Below the pieces are notes generated by a model that ran no database searches, was not told where the DNA came from, and saw only the letters and a program-made list of their open reading frames with translations. This document shows positions 40,149 through 50,470 of a DNA stretch of 64,000 nt, piece by piece. The translations under genes were made by a program, and so were the position numbers. Positions within the stretch are counted from its first letter, which is position 1; each line of letters begins with the position of its first letter. Origin of the DNA: Hyalangium minutum (lineage in GTDB: Bacteria > Myxococcota > Myxococcia > Myxococcales > Myxococcaceae); assembly GCF_000737315.1 (NCBI RefSeq), contig NZ_JMCB01000023.1, forward strand, positions 62,001 through 126,000. Direction: 5' to 3'.

Positions 40149-41594
40149 CTATCGTCCCCGCCTCGACGGAGGCGGCGTCCAGTGGGTCTGCTCGGAGGCA
40201 CCCCCACGAACGGGGCCCCCGCGGCCGGCCGTCTGCTCCGAGGAGCCGGGTGGGCGCGCGGAGACCTCCAGGTGCTCGGGCAGGGGCGACGGTGGAGGAG
40301 GCGGAGGCGGACGAGCCCCCTCTCCTCTCCGGCCCACGCGCTCACGCCAGTCCACCGGCAGCTCCGACAGATCCGCGCTGCCCGGCAGCGGGACGCGGTG
40401 CCAGGTGATGTACTGGCGCTCCTGGCCCTGCTCCTCACGAGTCAGGGCCGTGGCCACCACCGGAGCAGGCGCCACGCTCTGCACCGGCACGATCGGCGGT
40501 GGGGGTAGCTGCATGAAGCGCACGGCCTTGTCCGGGGAGGGGCCCGTGTGCGGCAGCGTGAGCGGGTGCGTCGAGGAGCCAATCCGCCGCGAGCGTCCTC
40601 CCCGGTCCACGAAGTGGGCCTCCACGCGGTACGGGCGGCCGGGCGGCAGCCCGTGGATGTAGAAGCTGCGGGACTCGAGGACGACCTCCAGCTCGCGGAC
40701 CAGCCGCTCCCCATCGAACACGCGCAGCATCGCCCGAGGCTCGTTGAGCCCCTCCATCGCCCGGGCCCGCGTGGCGGGACTGAAGTCCCAGGTGATGAAG
40801 AGCGTGTGCGGATCGCGAGCCAGGGCCAGGGCCAGATCGTTGCCGTAGTCCAGCGGCAGCTCGCCCAGGTTCTCCTCGAGGCCCACAGCGCCGTTCTCGA
40901 ACTTGGAGCGAGGGGCCTGCTCCTCGGTGAGGTGGTGACGGCGCAGCTCGCGCTCGCCCATCATCCGGGCCACGAAGAAGCCCTCCACCAGCGGCTCGGC
41001 GGCGTGTTGGAACACCGCCTCCAGCTCGGGGGACGCGACCACCATCTCCGCGGTCTCCTCCTGCCAGGCCTCCTCGGCCGAGCGGGGCAAACGGACGCGC
41101 GGTGGGAAGTTCACCACCTGTGCGGGCCGCCGGGACGCGGAGGCATCCTCTTCCTGGGACGCAGCCGAGCGCGAGGCCTGCCCCTTCCGGCCCTGTGGCG
41201 CCGCGGCCTTCTTCTCCGGCTCCTTCTTGGGCTCGGGAGCCTTTTTCTCCGCTTCCTTCCTGGGAGCCGCAACCTTCTTCTCCGGCTCCTTCTTGGCCGC
41301 CGGGGCCTTCTTCTCCGGCCCCTTCTTCTTATCCTTCTTGTCCACGGCGCGGGTCTCCTTGGCCCGGGTTGGCTCCCGGGACTGCTTCGTGGCGGAAGCG
41401 CCCACCTTGGCAGCGGGCTTCAAACGAGCGGGTAGCTTGACCCCAGCCAACTGGGCCAGCTTCTTCAGTGCGGGGACGACCTCGGCGAGCGCGGCAATCA
41501 GCTCTTTCTTGGTGAGCTTGCTGTAACCCGAGCCCAGGTGCTTTCGCGCCAGGTTCCTCAGGTAGCTCATGGTGACGCTCTTCAGGTCGTCCAT
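40149..41594 (-). CDS. DUF4912 protein with Rho-N-like N-terminus and Lys-rich repeats
   Basis: LRNLARKHLGSGYSKLTKKELIAAL; ELPLDYG..LALARDPHTLFITWD; upstream of GH57. Confidence 0.78.
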   Translation of the reverse strand: MDDLKSVTMSYLRNLARKHLGSGYSKLTKKELIAALAEVVPALKKLAQLAGVKLPARLKPAAKVGASATKQSREPTRAKETRAVDKKDKKKGPEKKAPAAKKEPEKKVAAPRKEAEKKAPEPKKEPEKKAAAPQGRKGQASRSAASQEEDASASRRPAQVVNFPPRVRLPRSAEEAWQEETAEMVVASPELEAVFQHAAEPLVEGFFVARMMGERELRRHHLTEEQAPRSKFENGAVGLEENLGELPLDYGNDLALALARDPHTLFITWDFSPATRARAMEGLNEPRAMLRVFDGERLVRELEVVLESRSFYIHGLPPGRPYRVEAHFVDRGGRSRRIGSSTHPLTLPHTGPSPDKAVRFMQLPPPPIVPVQSVAPAPVVATALTREEQGQERQYITWHRVPLPGSADLSELPVDWRERVGRRGEGARPPPPPPPSPLPEHLEVSARPPGSSEQTAGRGGPVRGGASEQTHWTPPPSRRGR

Positions 41595-41726
41595 AGACAA
41601 GGTCGCCTTTAGGTCGATGCGCCCGAGGGGTCAACGAGCCTGTGGAATTTTCTGTTCGTCGCATGACCGGAGACCCAGTCACGGCCGATGACACCTTGGA
41701 AAAGGACCGAGTATCCTGCAGTCCGC

Positions 41727-44549
41727 TTGAGCGACCTGCCCAGACTGCTGCTGTGCAGCTTCGACGTCATCCCTGGCCCGTCGGGTTCGTCGCGCCGATT
41801 GACCGAGTACCTCAAGGCGTTGCCTGATCGCTTCTCCGTGGTGGTGCTGTCCGCGAAGACGCCCGACCACTCCCATATCGAGAAGTATCAGGGCGCACGC
41901 CTGCTGCGCGTGCCCGTGGGCTCGGGAGATCTCGCCTCGCGCATCCAGGCCTTTGAACGCGCAGTGAAGCGCCAGCTCGACAGCGAAGAGTACGCCCTCG
42001 CGCACTTCACGGACCCCTTCGGCGGCTACGTGCTGTGCGAGATGAAGGCGGACTACGGCTACCGCCTCATCTATGAGGCCCAGACGTTCCCCTCGCAGGA
42101 ACTGCGCTACACGCATCCGCAGACCGAGGGCGACCGGCGCTTCCTCGCCAAGGTCCGCCGTCAGGAGCTGTTCTGCCTGATGAACGCCGATCTGGTCATG
42201 ACCGGCTCGGAGACCACTCGAACCTACATCCGTTCACTTGGGGCGAGCACCGAGCAGACGCGGGTGATTCGAGCGCCGGTGGACCTGGGGCCGTACACGC
42301 CGGATGTGGTCGGCGCCCCGGACAACCAGCCGATGCGCCTGATGTACCTGGGCAGCCAGGCCGGGTGGCAGGGTGTGCCCACGCTGCTGCGCGCGTTGGC
42401 GCTGGCGCTGGAGCAAGGCGGCGAGGTGAAGCTCACCCTGGTGGGCCCTCGCCACCCCGACTGGCAGCCCCACCTGGAGGATCTGGCCAAGGAGCTGGGC
42501 CTCCAGGAACACGTGGAGTTCCAGCCGCCCGTCCTCCACGACGATCTGGTGAAGGTGCTGGCGCTGGCGGACGTGGGCGTCCTCCCGCTGGAGGACCTGG
42601 ATCGCAACCGGCTCCAAGGTGGGCCGCTGGCCAAGACGGCCGAGTACCTTGCCGCAGGCCGGCCGGTGATCGCCGCGGACCTGCCGGTGACGCGCGAGCT
42701 GCTCCCCTCCTCCGCCACCGTCTTCCACCCGCCGGGCGATGCGAAGGCGCTGGCCGAGTGCATCCTCGAGCTGGCTCGCGATGTCCCGCGCCGGGTGGAG
42801 ATGGGGCGCGAGGCCCGCTCCTTTGCCGAGCATGAACTGGATGCGGGACTCATCCGCGGCAAGCTCCTGGACATCTATGACGAGTTGCTGGGGAAGCAGC
42901 AGGCGGCAGTGGCCCGGAGCGAGATGGTTCCCGAGCCGACCATGACGGGCACGCCGACCAACCGGCTCACCAACCTCAAGCCTCCCGAGAGTGGCAAGCG
43001 CCCGCCTCGCGCCAACAAGCCCTCGAACAAGGGCTCCCGGAAGGCGTCTCCCCGTGACGAACTGCCGCTGGTGGTCGGCCAGGTCCTGCCCGACGACGGG
43101 CTCGACACGCGCTTGGTGAAGACCGAGCCGGAGGCGAATCCCTCCGAGCCTCCCGTGGTGATGGGCCTGCCCCTGCGAGACTCGAAGCCCGCTTCCTCCT
43201 CTAATAGAGGATCCCGCCGCAGCGAGCCCGAGGAGCCTCCGACTTCCATCGTCAGCGCGAGCCCGCCCACGAAGGACGACTCGTCCCACACGCCCATCGT
43301 GCGCTCGCCGCTGGGAGTCTCCCGGGAGGCCCCTGCTTCGGCTTCAGCCTCGGCTCGCCCTTCCGCGCCCGCGTTTGTCGAGGAGCCGCCCTCTCCCACG
43401 CCGATCGTCCAGATGAGGCAGCTCGAAGGCCGCTCGGCGGCGACCTCCAAATCGGAGCCCGAGACGCGCCGTCCTCCCGCCCCTGCGGCCCCGCCGCCGC
43501 CGAGCCCCAAGAGCGCTCCCCAGGAACCGCCTCTCGTGGCTGTGGCCAGCGCGTCGACGAGCCCCAAGAGGCCTTCCCAGGAGCTCCCGCCCCTGGCGCC
43601 GGCCCCGAGTACGCGCCCGGCGCTGCAGGACGCTCCGTTCACCGCTGCGGCCCCGGCGTCCAGTACCCGCCCTGCCCTTCAGGAGCCTCCTGCGGCTCCC
43701 TCAACGAGCTCCCGTCCGGCCGTGGACGAAGCTCCGCCCCCCCTTCCTGCACCGAGCCCCCGTGCGGCCCCTCAGGAGCCTGCGCGCGGGCAGGAGATCA
43801 CCGACAAGGCGAGACCTGTCCTCCCTCCTCTGAACCGGAGCCCGCCTCCTCTCGAGACCAAGGGTCCTCCGCCGCGCCTGACACCTGTGGAGCCTCCTCC
43901 GCTCCGAACGCCTCCGCCCCTGCCGATCTCCTCCAAGAAGCAGCAGCCCGTGGAGGAAGAGCCCGAGGAACTCTCCGAGGAAGCCGCCCAGGAGATCTCG
44001 GACGAAGCGGAGCCTACCCCTCCTCACCCTCAGCCTCGGGTGGAGGAACCGGAAGAGCTCAGCGACGACGAGGTCCACGAAGCCGACGCCGCCGAAGCGC
44101 TGGATGCCGAAGACGAGGTGCATGAGGCGGACGACGCGGTCGAGCCCGTCGACGAGGAAGACGCGATCGAGGACGCCGACGGCGCCGTCGAAGCGGTCGA
44201 TGACATGGTGGAGCCCGTGGACGAGGTGCACGAGCCCCCCGAGGCCGTGCTCCCAGCCGCCGCCAAGTCCACCCCCGTCCCCCTCCCCGATGACGAGCCC
44301 GAGGAGGCCGTCGCGGAGGCCGTGGAAGAGGCTCCAGAGCCAGAGCTCCCCCAGGCCGAGCCGCCGTCCTCAGCCCTTGATCCCTGGTTTGCCCAGTTGG
44401 CGCACGGCTACTGCCCTCCAGAAGGAGCTCAGTTCGCCCGGCATACCCCTCCCACCAACTTCCCTGGGAGGGACGAGGGGCCTTCTGATCCGCCCCGAGT
44501 GCCCACTCCCACCCCGATCCAGGGAGCGTTGCGAGGTAAACGCTCGTAG
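41727..44549 (+). CDS. GT4 glycosyltransferase with long Pro/Glu-rich disordered C-terminal tail
   Basis: MYLGSQAGWQGV, KTAEYLAAGRPVIAAD, PPGDAKALA; then ~540 aa low complexity. Start approximate (TTG 41727). Confidence 0.82.
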   Translation: MSDLPRLLLCSFDVIPGPSGSSRRLTEYLKALPDRFSVVVLSAKTPDHSHIEKYQGARLLRVPVGSGDLASRIQAFERAVKRQLDSEEYALAHFTDPFGGYVLCEMKADYGYRLIYEAQTFPSQELRYTHPQTEGDRRFLAKVRRQELFCLMNADLVMTGSETTRTYIRSLGASTEQTRVIRAPVDLGPYTPDVVGAPDNQPMRLMYLGSQAGWQGVPTLLRALALALEQGGEVKLTLVGPRHPDWQPHLEDLAKELGLQEHVEFQPPVLHDDLVKVLALADVGVLPLEDLDRNRLQGGPLAKTAEYLAAGRPVIAADLPVTRELLPSSATVFHPPGDAKALAECILELARDVPRRVEMGREARSFAEHELDAGLIRGKLLDIYDELLGKQQAAVARSEMVPEPTMTGTPTNRLTNLKPPESGKRPPRANKPSNKGSRKASPRDELPLVVGQVLPDDGLDTRLVKTEPEANPSEPPVVMGLPLRDSKPASSSNRGSRRSEPEEPPTSIVSASPPTKDDSSHTPIVRSPLGVSREAPASASASARPSAPAFVEEPPSPTPIVQMRQLEGRSAATSKSEPETRRPPAPAAPPPPSPKSAPQEPPLVAVASASTSPKRPSQELPPLAPAPSTRPALQDAPFTAAAPASSTRPALQEPPAAPSTSSRPAVDEAPPPLPAPSPRAAPQEPARGQEITDKARPVLPPLNRSPPPLETKGPPPRLTPVEPPPLRTPPPLPISSKKQQPVEEEPEELSEEAAQEISDEAEPTPPHPQPRVEEPEELSDDEVHEADAAEALDAEDEVHEADDAVEPVDEEDAIEDADGAVEAVDDMVEPVDEVHEPPEAVLPAAAKSTPVPLPDDEPEEAVAEAVEEAPEPELPQAEPPSSALDPWFAQLAHGYCPPEGAQFARHTPPTNFPGRDEGPSDPPRVPTPTPIQGALRGKRS

Positions 44550-44657
44550 CCCGGCCAGCCGAGCCCGCCTCGGAAACTTCCCTGCTCCTTGGCTGCTGGG
44601 TAGGATGCGCCGGATTTCACTGCACTTTTCGCGATCCATCGCGAATTGAAGGACTTC

Positions 44658-47600
44658 ATGGAGCGTCGGGTCCTCATCGTCGAAGCCCAGAATGAATTTG
44701 CCCTCAGCATGGCCACGGTTCTCCGCAGCGCGGGGTATCAGACGGCCATGGCGAACACCGCCGCCGAGGCCCAGCGCGAGATGGAAAAGCGCCGGCCCGA
44801 TCTGGTGGTGCTGCGCGCCGAGCTGCCGGACCAGTCCGGCTTCACCCTTTGCGGCCAGATCAAAAAGGGGAAGTGGGGCCAGAACCTCAAGGTGCTGCTG
44901 CTCTCGTCGGACACCGGCGAGGAGGCGCTGAAGAAGCACCGCGAGACGCCCGCTGCCGCGGACGGCTACCTCGTCATCCCCTTCGAGATGGGAGAGCTGG
45001 CGTCCATCAGCTCCAACATCATCCCGCCGGGGAACCCCGAGGACGCGGCGGATGATGCGTCGTTGGACTCCGCGCTGGCCGGAAACCCGCGCGAGGCCCC
45101 GCCGCCCATGCCGCCGCCCCTGCGCGGCCCGCCCCCAGGTGGCCCGCCGAAGCTGCCCAAGCGCGAGCGCCGCAGCGCCATCACGGACGAGGACCGCACG
45201 TTCCTCGACCGCGCGTTCCAGTCCATCGCGGACCGCAAGGCGGAGCTGCTGGCCGAGTCGCGCAACACCAAGCGCACCCCGCCCAAGCGCGAGCTGATGG
45301 GCACGCCCGAGGGCAAGCTCCAGGTCCTGCGCGACGAGCTCAAGGCCCGCGAGGCCCAGGTGGCCCGCATCTCCGAGATCTGGAGCGTGCGCGAGCGCGA
45401 GCTGGTCTCCGTCGAGGACCGGCTCCACGAGAAGGACGTGGAGCTGCAGGGCCTGAAGATGCAGGTGGACGACCTGCTGCGCCGCTTCAACGAGGCGCAG
45501 ACGGCCATGCTCCAGAAGGAGCGTGAGCACGGCGCCACCGTGGACGATCTCCTCCTCCAGAAGTTCTCCTCCGAGAAGGACCTCATCGAGGTCGTCGCGG
45601 CCAAGGAGAAGGACATCAATGTCCTGCGGAAGGAGGTCAGCAACCGCGACGACGAGCTGTCCCGCCGCGCCTCCGAGCTGGATCGCGCCCGCACCGAGTA
45701 CGAGAGCCTGGAGAAGCAGTTCAACACCTCCACGCTCGAGTCCGAGGTCCGCGAGCAGAAGCTCAACGACACCCTGCGCGACCGCGAGAACGACATCCTC
45801 CAGCTGCGCCGCCGCGGCGAGGAGCTGGATGCCACCCTCGCCCAGACGATCAGCGAGCGCGACCTGCGCTACGCCGCGATGGAAGGCGACATCCAGGGCC
45901 TCACCGAGCGGCTGCGCCAGACCGAGCAGGAGCGCGACACCACCGTCCGCTCCCTGGAGCAGCGCGCCACCGCCGCCGAGGAGCACGGCGCCCAGTCGGA
46001 CGCGGAGATCGAGCGGCTCAAGACCACCGCCGCCGCGCTCGAGTCCCGCCTCAACGAGCAGATCGCCGATCTGGAAGCGGATCTGGCTCGCACCACCGGC
46101 GAGCGCGATCAGCTCAAGCTGGACAAGGACGCGCAAGAGCAGGACCTCACCCAGCGCATCGAGGAGCGGGACAGCAAGATCTCCGGCCTCGAGACGGATC
46201 TGGCCGACACCATCTCTCGCAACGAGCAGCGCGAGGCGGAGCTCAACTCCACCATCCAGCAGCACCTGGAGCGCATTGGTGAGCTGGAGGGCGAAGTCGA
46301 GGCGGTCAAGACGCACCTGGCCGACCGCGAGGCCGAGCTCAGCGGCGAGCTGCAGGCCCTCCAGCAGGCCAAGGACGCGCTGGAGACCGATCTCACCGGC
46401 AGACTCGAGGCGCTCCAGGCCGCCAAGGACGCACTGGAGACCGACCTCACCGGCCAGCTGAAGGCGCTGAACGAGGCCAAGGACGCGCTGGAGGCCAAGC
46501 TCACCGGCGAGATCCAGTCGCTGCGGGCCCACATCGCCTCGCTGGAGCAGACCATCGCCCAGCGCGACGACAGCATCGAGGGTCTGCGCACGGACGTGGC
46601 CGACCGCGACGGCCGGATCGCCAGCCTCACGGGCGAGCTGGAGGCCACCAGCCAGACGCTCACCGAGACCCAGGGCACCCTGGCTCGGACCGAGGAAACC
46701 CTCTCCACCACGCGCGGGGAGCTGGAGGCCACCACCCAGACGCTCACCGAGACTCAGGGCACGCTGGCCCAGACCCAGCAGACCCTGGCCTCCACCGAGA
46801 AGACGCTCGCGGACACCCAGGGCACCCTGGCCCAAACCGAGGAGACCCTCTCCAGCACCCGCGGCGAGCTCGAGGCCACCACCCAGACGCTCACCGAGAC
46901 CCAGGGCACGCTGGCCCAGACCCAGCAGACCCTGGCCGACACCCAGGGCACCCTGGCTCGGACCGAGGAGACCCTCTCCACCACGCGCGGGGAGCTGGAA
47001 GCCACCACCCAGACGCTCACCGAGACCCAGGGCACGCTGGACCAGACTCAGCAGACGCTCGCCTCCACCGAGGCCATCCGCGACGAGCTGGACAGCGAGC
47101 TGACCGAGACCAAGGGCACGCTCGAGAAGACCCAGGCCACCCTGTCGCAGACCCAGCAGACGCTGGCCACGCGCGAAGGCGAGTTGGAGGCCTCCCGCGA
47201 GGAGATCGAGCGGCTCAGCGGCGTCCTCCGCGACACCGAGGAGGCCAAGGCCGCCCAGGAGGCGGACCTCACCGGCCAGATCGGCCAGCTGCGCGCCGAG
47301 CTGTCCGAGACGCAGGGCAACTACGAGGCCGAGCGCGCCGCGCACCAGAAGCTGGCCCAGGAGACCACCGAGCAGATCACCTCGCTCATCGAGGAGCGGG
47401 ACAACCTGCGCGGCGAGCTGGATGCCACCATCCAGGAGCTGGCCTCCACCCAGGGCACCCTGGCCCAGACGCGCGACGCGCTGGCCAAGGAGCAGGCCGC
47501 GCACGCGGGCAGCAAGCAGGAAGCGGCCCAGACGAAGGCCGAGCTGGAGGCCCAACTCACCGACGCGCGCGAGCACGGACAGGAGCTGGCCGAGCAGCTG

Positions 47601-48977
47601 GCCCACACCAAGCAGGAGCTGGGCGAGCGCGTGGCCGAGGTGACACAGCTCACCTCGCAGCTGGCCCACACCGAGGACGCCCGGCACCGCTTCGAGGACC
47701 AGTTCAACACGCTCACCGAGGAGTCCCAGCGCCGCGAGGAGCTGCTCCAGAACGATCTGGCGGCCAAGAGCAAGGAGCTGTCCGACACGCTCCGCAAGCT
47801 CACCACCGTCACCCAGGAGAAGCAGCGCCAGGCCGAGGCCCTCACCCGCGACGTCACCGCGAAGACGGAGCAGCTCAAGCAGCTCGAGGCCAAGCTCACC
47901 CAGCAGACCGAGAACTCCCGCCGCCAGGCAGAGGCCCTGCAGCAGCAGGTGAACAACCTCACCGGCGATCTGGACGGGGCTCGCAAGGACATCGCCGCCC
48001 GCGACGAGCAGCTGCGTCAGGCCGGCAACGCCCAGGCGAAGCTCACCTCCGAGCGTGACAGCCTCAGCGGCCAGCTCCAGCAGGCGGAGAACCGCTTCCA
48101 GCAGCAGGCCCAGGCCATGGCCGCCGAGCGCTCCGAGGCCAAGCGCGTCGCCGAGGACTTCACCAAGAAGCTGGCGGCCGCGGAGGCTCGCATCACCCAG
48201 CTCACCCAGGAGAACCAGCAGCGCTCCGCCGACGCCGAGACCAAGGCCAAGGAGCTCCAGGGACAGCTCACCACCCGCGCCCGGAAGATCCAGGAGCTCG
48301 AGCTGGCGCTGGAGAACGCCGTCAGCGCCAAGGGCCGCGCGGAGAAGGACCTCAACGCCAAGGTCTCCGCCGCCGAGACCAAGCTCGCCGAGGCCGCCGC
48401 CAAGCTCGCGGGCTCGCAGAAGGAGCGCAAGGACCTCGACGCCAAGCACCTCAAGGACATCGAGGACCTCAACGCCAAGCAGAAGGCGGAGCTCGAGCGC
48501 CGCGACGCCATCAAGGCCCAGGAAGTTGCCCGCCTCCAGCAGTCCGTCCAGGAGAAGAGCAAGGCGCTCAAGGTCGCCGAGCTGGAGCTGGCCCGCTACA
48601 AGAGCAAGGGCCCCGCTGCGGCTCCCGCCGCCGCTGCCAAGCCCGCCGCCGCTGCGAAACCGGCCGCTTCGGACGACGAAGACGTGGCCGTGAAGACTCA
48701 GCTCAACACCGCGGCCGCTCCGGCCCCCGCGCCCGCTCCTGCGGCTCCGGCCCGTCCAGCTCCGGGACGCGCGTCATCCACCGGCACCCGTCCAGCGGTA
48801 GGCGCCCAGCCCGCGGCTGCGAAGAAGGCCCCTCCTGCTCCAGCGCAGCCCGCTCCGGCCGCGGCTCAGGAGTCAGAGGATCCGGTGGAGCGCACCGTGA
48901 TGGTGCCGCTCAACAGCATCAAGAAGCCCGAGGAGGATGACTGGACCTCCCTCGTGGACGAGCTCGACAAGCCGTAA
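44658..48977 (+). CDS. aglZ: Adventurous gliding motility protein AglZ (pseudo-receiver + long coiled coil)
   Basis: MERRVLIVE..FALSMATVL..AGYQTA..KRRPDLVVLRAEL.DQSGF.LCG.IKKGKWGQNLKVLLLSS matches the remembered AglZ N-terminus; >1000 aa of heptad coiled coil. Confidence 0.93.
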   Translation: MERRVLIVEAQNEFALSMATVLRSAGYQTAMANTAAEAQREMEKRRPDLVVLRAELPDQSGFTLCGQIKKGKWGQNLKVLLLSSDTGEEALKKHRETPAAADGYLVIPFEMGELASISSNIIPPGNPEDAADDASLDSALAGNPREAPPPMPPPLRGPPPGGPPKLPKRERRSAITDEDRTFLDRAFQSIADRKAELLAESRNTKRTPPKRELMGTPEGKLQVLRDELKAREAQVARISEIWSVRERELVSVEDRLHEKDVELQGLKMQVDDLLRRFNEAQTAMLQKEREHGATVDDLLLQKFSSEKDLIEVVAAKEKDINVLRKEVSNRDDELSRRASELDRARTEYESLEKQFNTSTLESEVREQKLNDTLRDRENDILQLRRRGEELDATLAQTISERDLRYAAMEGDIQGLTERLRQTEQERDTTVRSLEQRATAAEEHGAQSDAEIERLKTTAAALESRLNEQIADLEADLARTTGERDQLKLDKDAQEQDLTQRIEERDSKISGLETDLADTISRNEQREAELNSTIQQHLERIGELEGEVEAVKTHLADREAELSGELQALQQAKDALETDLTGRLEALQAAKDALETDLTGQLKALNEAKDALEAKLTGEIQSLRAHIASLEQTIAQRDDSIEGLRTDVADRDGRIASLTGELEATSQTLTETQGTLARTEETLSTTRGELEATTQTLTETQGTLAQTQQTLASTEKTLADTQGTLAQTEETLSSTRGELEATTQTLTETQGTLAQTQQTLADTQGTLARTEETLSTTRGELEATTQTLTETQGTLDQTQQTLASTEAIRDELDSELTETKGTLEKTQATLSQTQQTLATREGELEASREEIERLSGVLRDTEEAKAAQEADLTGQIGQLRAELSETQGNYEAERAAHQKLAQETTEQITSLIEERDNLRGELDATIQELASTQGTLAQTRDALAKEQAAHAGSKQEAAQTKAELEAQLTDAREHGQELAEQLAHTKQELGERVAEVTQLTSQLAHTEDARHRFEDQFNTLTEESQRREELLQNDLAAKSKELSDTLRKLTTVTQEKQRQAEALTRDVTAKTEQLKQLEAKLTQQTENSRRQAEALQQQVNNLTGDLDGARKDIAARDEQLRQAGNAQAKLTSERDSLSGQLQQAENRFQQQAQAMAAERSEAKRVAEDFTKKLAAAEARITQLTQENQQRSADAETKAKELQGQLTTRARKIQELELALENAVSAKGRAEKDLNAKVSAAETKLAEAAAKLAGSQKERKDLDAKHLKDIEDLNAKQKAELERRDAIKAQEVARLQQSVQEKSKALKVAELELARYKSKGPAAAPAAAAKPAAAAKPAASDDEDVAVKTQLNTAAAPAPAPAPAAPARPAPGRASSTGTRPAVGAQPAAAKKAPPAPAQPAPAAAQESEDPVERTVMVPLNSIKKPEEDDWTSLVDELDKP
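46347..47160 (+). repeat. Intragenic tandem repeats in aglZ (54-nt x3, then 21-nt-module repeats)
   Basis: xLxALxxAKDALExxLTG x3 (46347-46508); GELEAT[ST]QTLTETQGTL blocks of 28, 49 and 42 aa starting at 46632. Confidence 0.9.
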
Positions 48978-48993
48978 CGGGAAGTCCCCAAGA

Positions 48994-49022
48994 CGCGCGG
49001 CCCGGAACCCGAGGGCCGCGCG
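48994..49022. terminator. GC-rich hairpin between convergent genes
   Basis: CGCGCGGCCC-ggaacccga-GGGCCGCGCG, 10-bp stem just after the aglZ stop; no U-tract. Confidence 0.55.
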
Positions 49023-49035
49023 GAACAACCGAGAA

Positions 49036-49296
49036 TCACAGGGCGGCGCGCGCCTCGCGCACCAGCTCCCGGAACTGCAGCGACGCCACCACGTCCTTCA
49101 GCGACGGCTCACGCCCGCTCAACTGCGACTGCGCCCGCGCCGCCCGCCACCGCGCCAGCAGCGTCCGGGTGGCCACATAGCCCAGCACCAGCGGGAACCC
49201 GCCCGGCATCACCGCCACCACCATCGCCAGTATGACCCGCAACCACACCCACATGGCCGCCCACCTCGTGAATCGGAACACGCCCTTCTGATGCAC
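49036..49296 (-). CDS. Small membrane hypothetical protein
   Basis: Hydrophobic N-terminal helix pair plus amphipathic C-terminus; fills the gap between aglZ and MoxR. Confidence 0.55.
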   Translation of the reverse strand: MHQKGVFRFTRWAAMWVWLRVILAMVVAVMPGGFPLVLGYVATRTLLARWRAARAQSQLSGREPSLKDVVASLQFRELVREARAAL

Positions 49297-49442
49297 ACCG
49301 CGTGCCTGGGTTGCGTAAAGTATTTCCCTTCGTGCTTCCTGGGGGTTACACGCGAGGCGGCCTGCCTGCAGGGGCGCAGGACGTGCGGAACTCTGGCATT
49401 TTTGCCGCAGTGTCTCGGATCGCCTCGGTTAAGTTTCAGGGT

Positions 49443-50384
49443 GTGAGCCCCCCTTCGACGACGCCCGAGACCCGTCCCTTCGCCAGCGTGGAGGACGCGG
49501 AGACCCGTCTGGAGCAGGTGGGATACCTGCCCTCCCCGGAGATCGCCACGGCCTGCTTCCTGGCAGACCGCATGGACAAGCCCATCCTGGTGGAGGGCCC
49601 CGCTGGCGTGGGCAAGACAGAGCTGTCCAAGGCCCTGGCCCAGGCGCTGGGCCGCGGGTTCATCCGCCTGCAGTGCTACGAGGGCCTGGACGAGGCCAAG
49701 GCGCTGTACGAGTGGGAGTACGCCAAGCAGCTGCTCTACACCCAGCTGCTCAAGGACAAGATCGGCGAGATGGTGGCGGGCACCGGCTCGCTGACCGAGG
49801 CCGCGGACCGGCTGGCCACGGGCGACGCCGTCTTCTTCTCCGAGCGCTTCCTGCTGCCGCGCCCCATCCTCCAAGCGCTGGTCTCCGAGCGCCCGGCCGT
49901 CCTGTTGGTAGACGAGATCGACAAGGCGGACCCCGAGTTCGAGGCCTTCCTGCTGGAGGTGCTCTCGGACAACGCGGTGACGATTCCGGAGCTCGGCACG
50001 TTCAAGGCGAAGCACCTGCCCCGGGTGATCCTCACGTCGAACAACGCGCGCGAGCTGTCGGACGCGCTCAAGCGCCGCTGCCTGCACCTGCACATCGACT
50101 TCCCGGATCGCGAGCGCGAGCTGCGCATCGTCCGGGCCCGCCTGCCCCAGGTCGCCCAGACCCTGGCCGAGCAGGTCATCGAGGCCGTGGCCGCCATCCG
50201 GAAGCTGGACCTCAAGAAGGCTCCCTCGATCAGCGAGACGCTCGACTGGGCGCAGAGCCTGGCGCTCCTCAACGCGGACGCCCTCACGGCCGATCTGGTG
50301 GCCTCCACCCTGAACCTCGTCCTCAAGTACGAGGGCGATATCGAAAAGGCCAAGGCGAACCTGTCGCAGATCGCGCAGGCCTGA
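49443..50384 (+). CDS. MoxR family AAA+ ATPase (CoxD-like)
   Basis: EGPAGVGKT, RLQCYEGLDE..ALYEW.Y.KQLL, LLVDEIDKAD.EFEAFLLE, TSN..RELSDALKRRC. Start approximate. Confidence 0.92.
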   Translation: MSPPSTTPETRPFASVEDAETRLEQVGYLPSPEIATACFLADRMDKPILVEGPAGVGKTELSKALAQALGRGFIRLQCYEGLDEAKALYEWEYAKQLLYTQLLKDKIGEMVAGTGSLTEAADRLATGDAVFFSERFLLPRPILQALVSERPAVLLVDEIDKADPEFEAFLLEVLSDNAVTIPELGTFKAKHLPRVILTSNNARELSDALKRRCLHLHIDFPDRERELRIVRARLPQVAQTLAEQVIEAVAAIRKLDLKKAPSISETLDWAQSLALLNADALTADLVASTLNLVLKYEGDIEKAKANLSQIAQA

Positions 50385-50470
50385 CCGCATTCCCGCTTTG
50401 ACGGGACCCACGGCATGTGAAAAAAGGCGCCCCCCAAGCATCGTCCGCCCCTGTCTATTAAGGAATCCCC

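Noticed and set aside
46632-47160. CRISPR-like or mobile repeat
   Set aside because: Repeats are in frame, lack unique spacers and encode AglZ heptads.
44370-48449. 1359-aa minus-strand ORF
   Set aside because: Antisense shadow of aglZ caused by GC3 bias; Leu/Gly-rich translation with no motifs.
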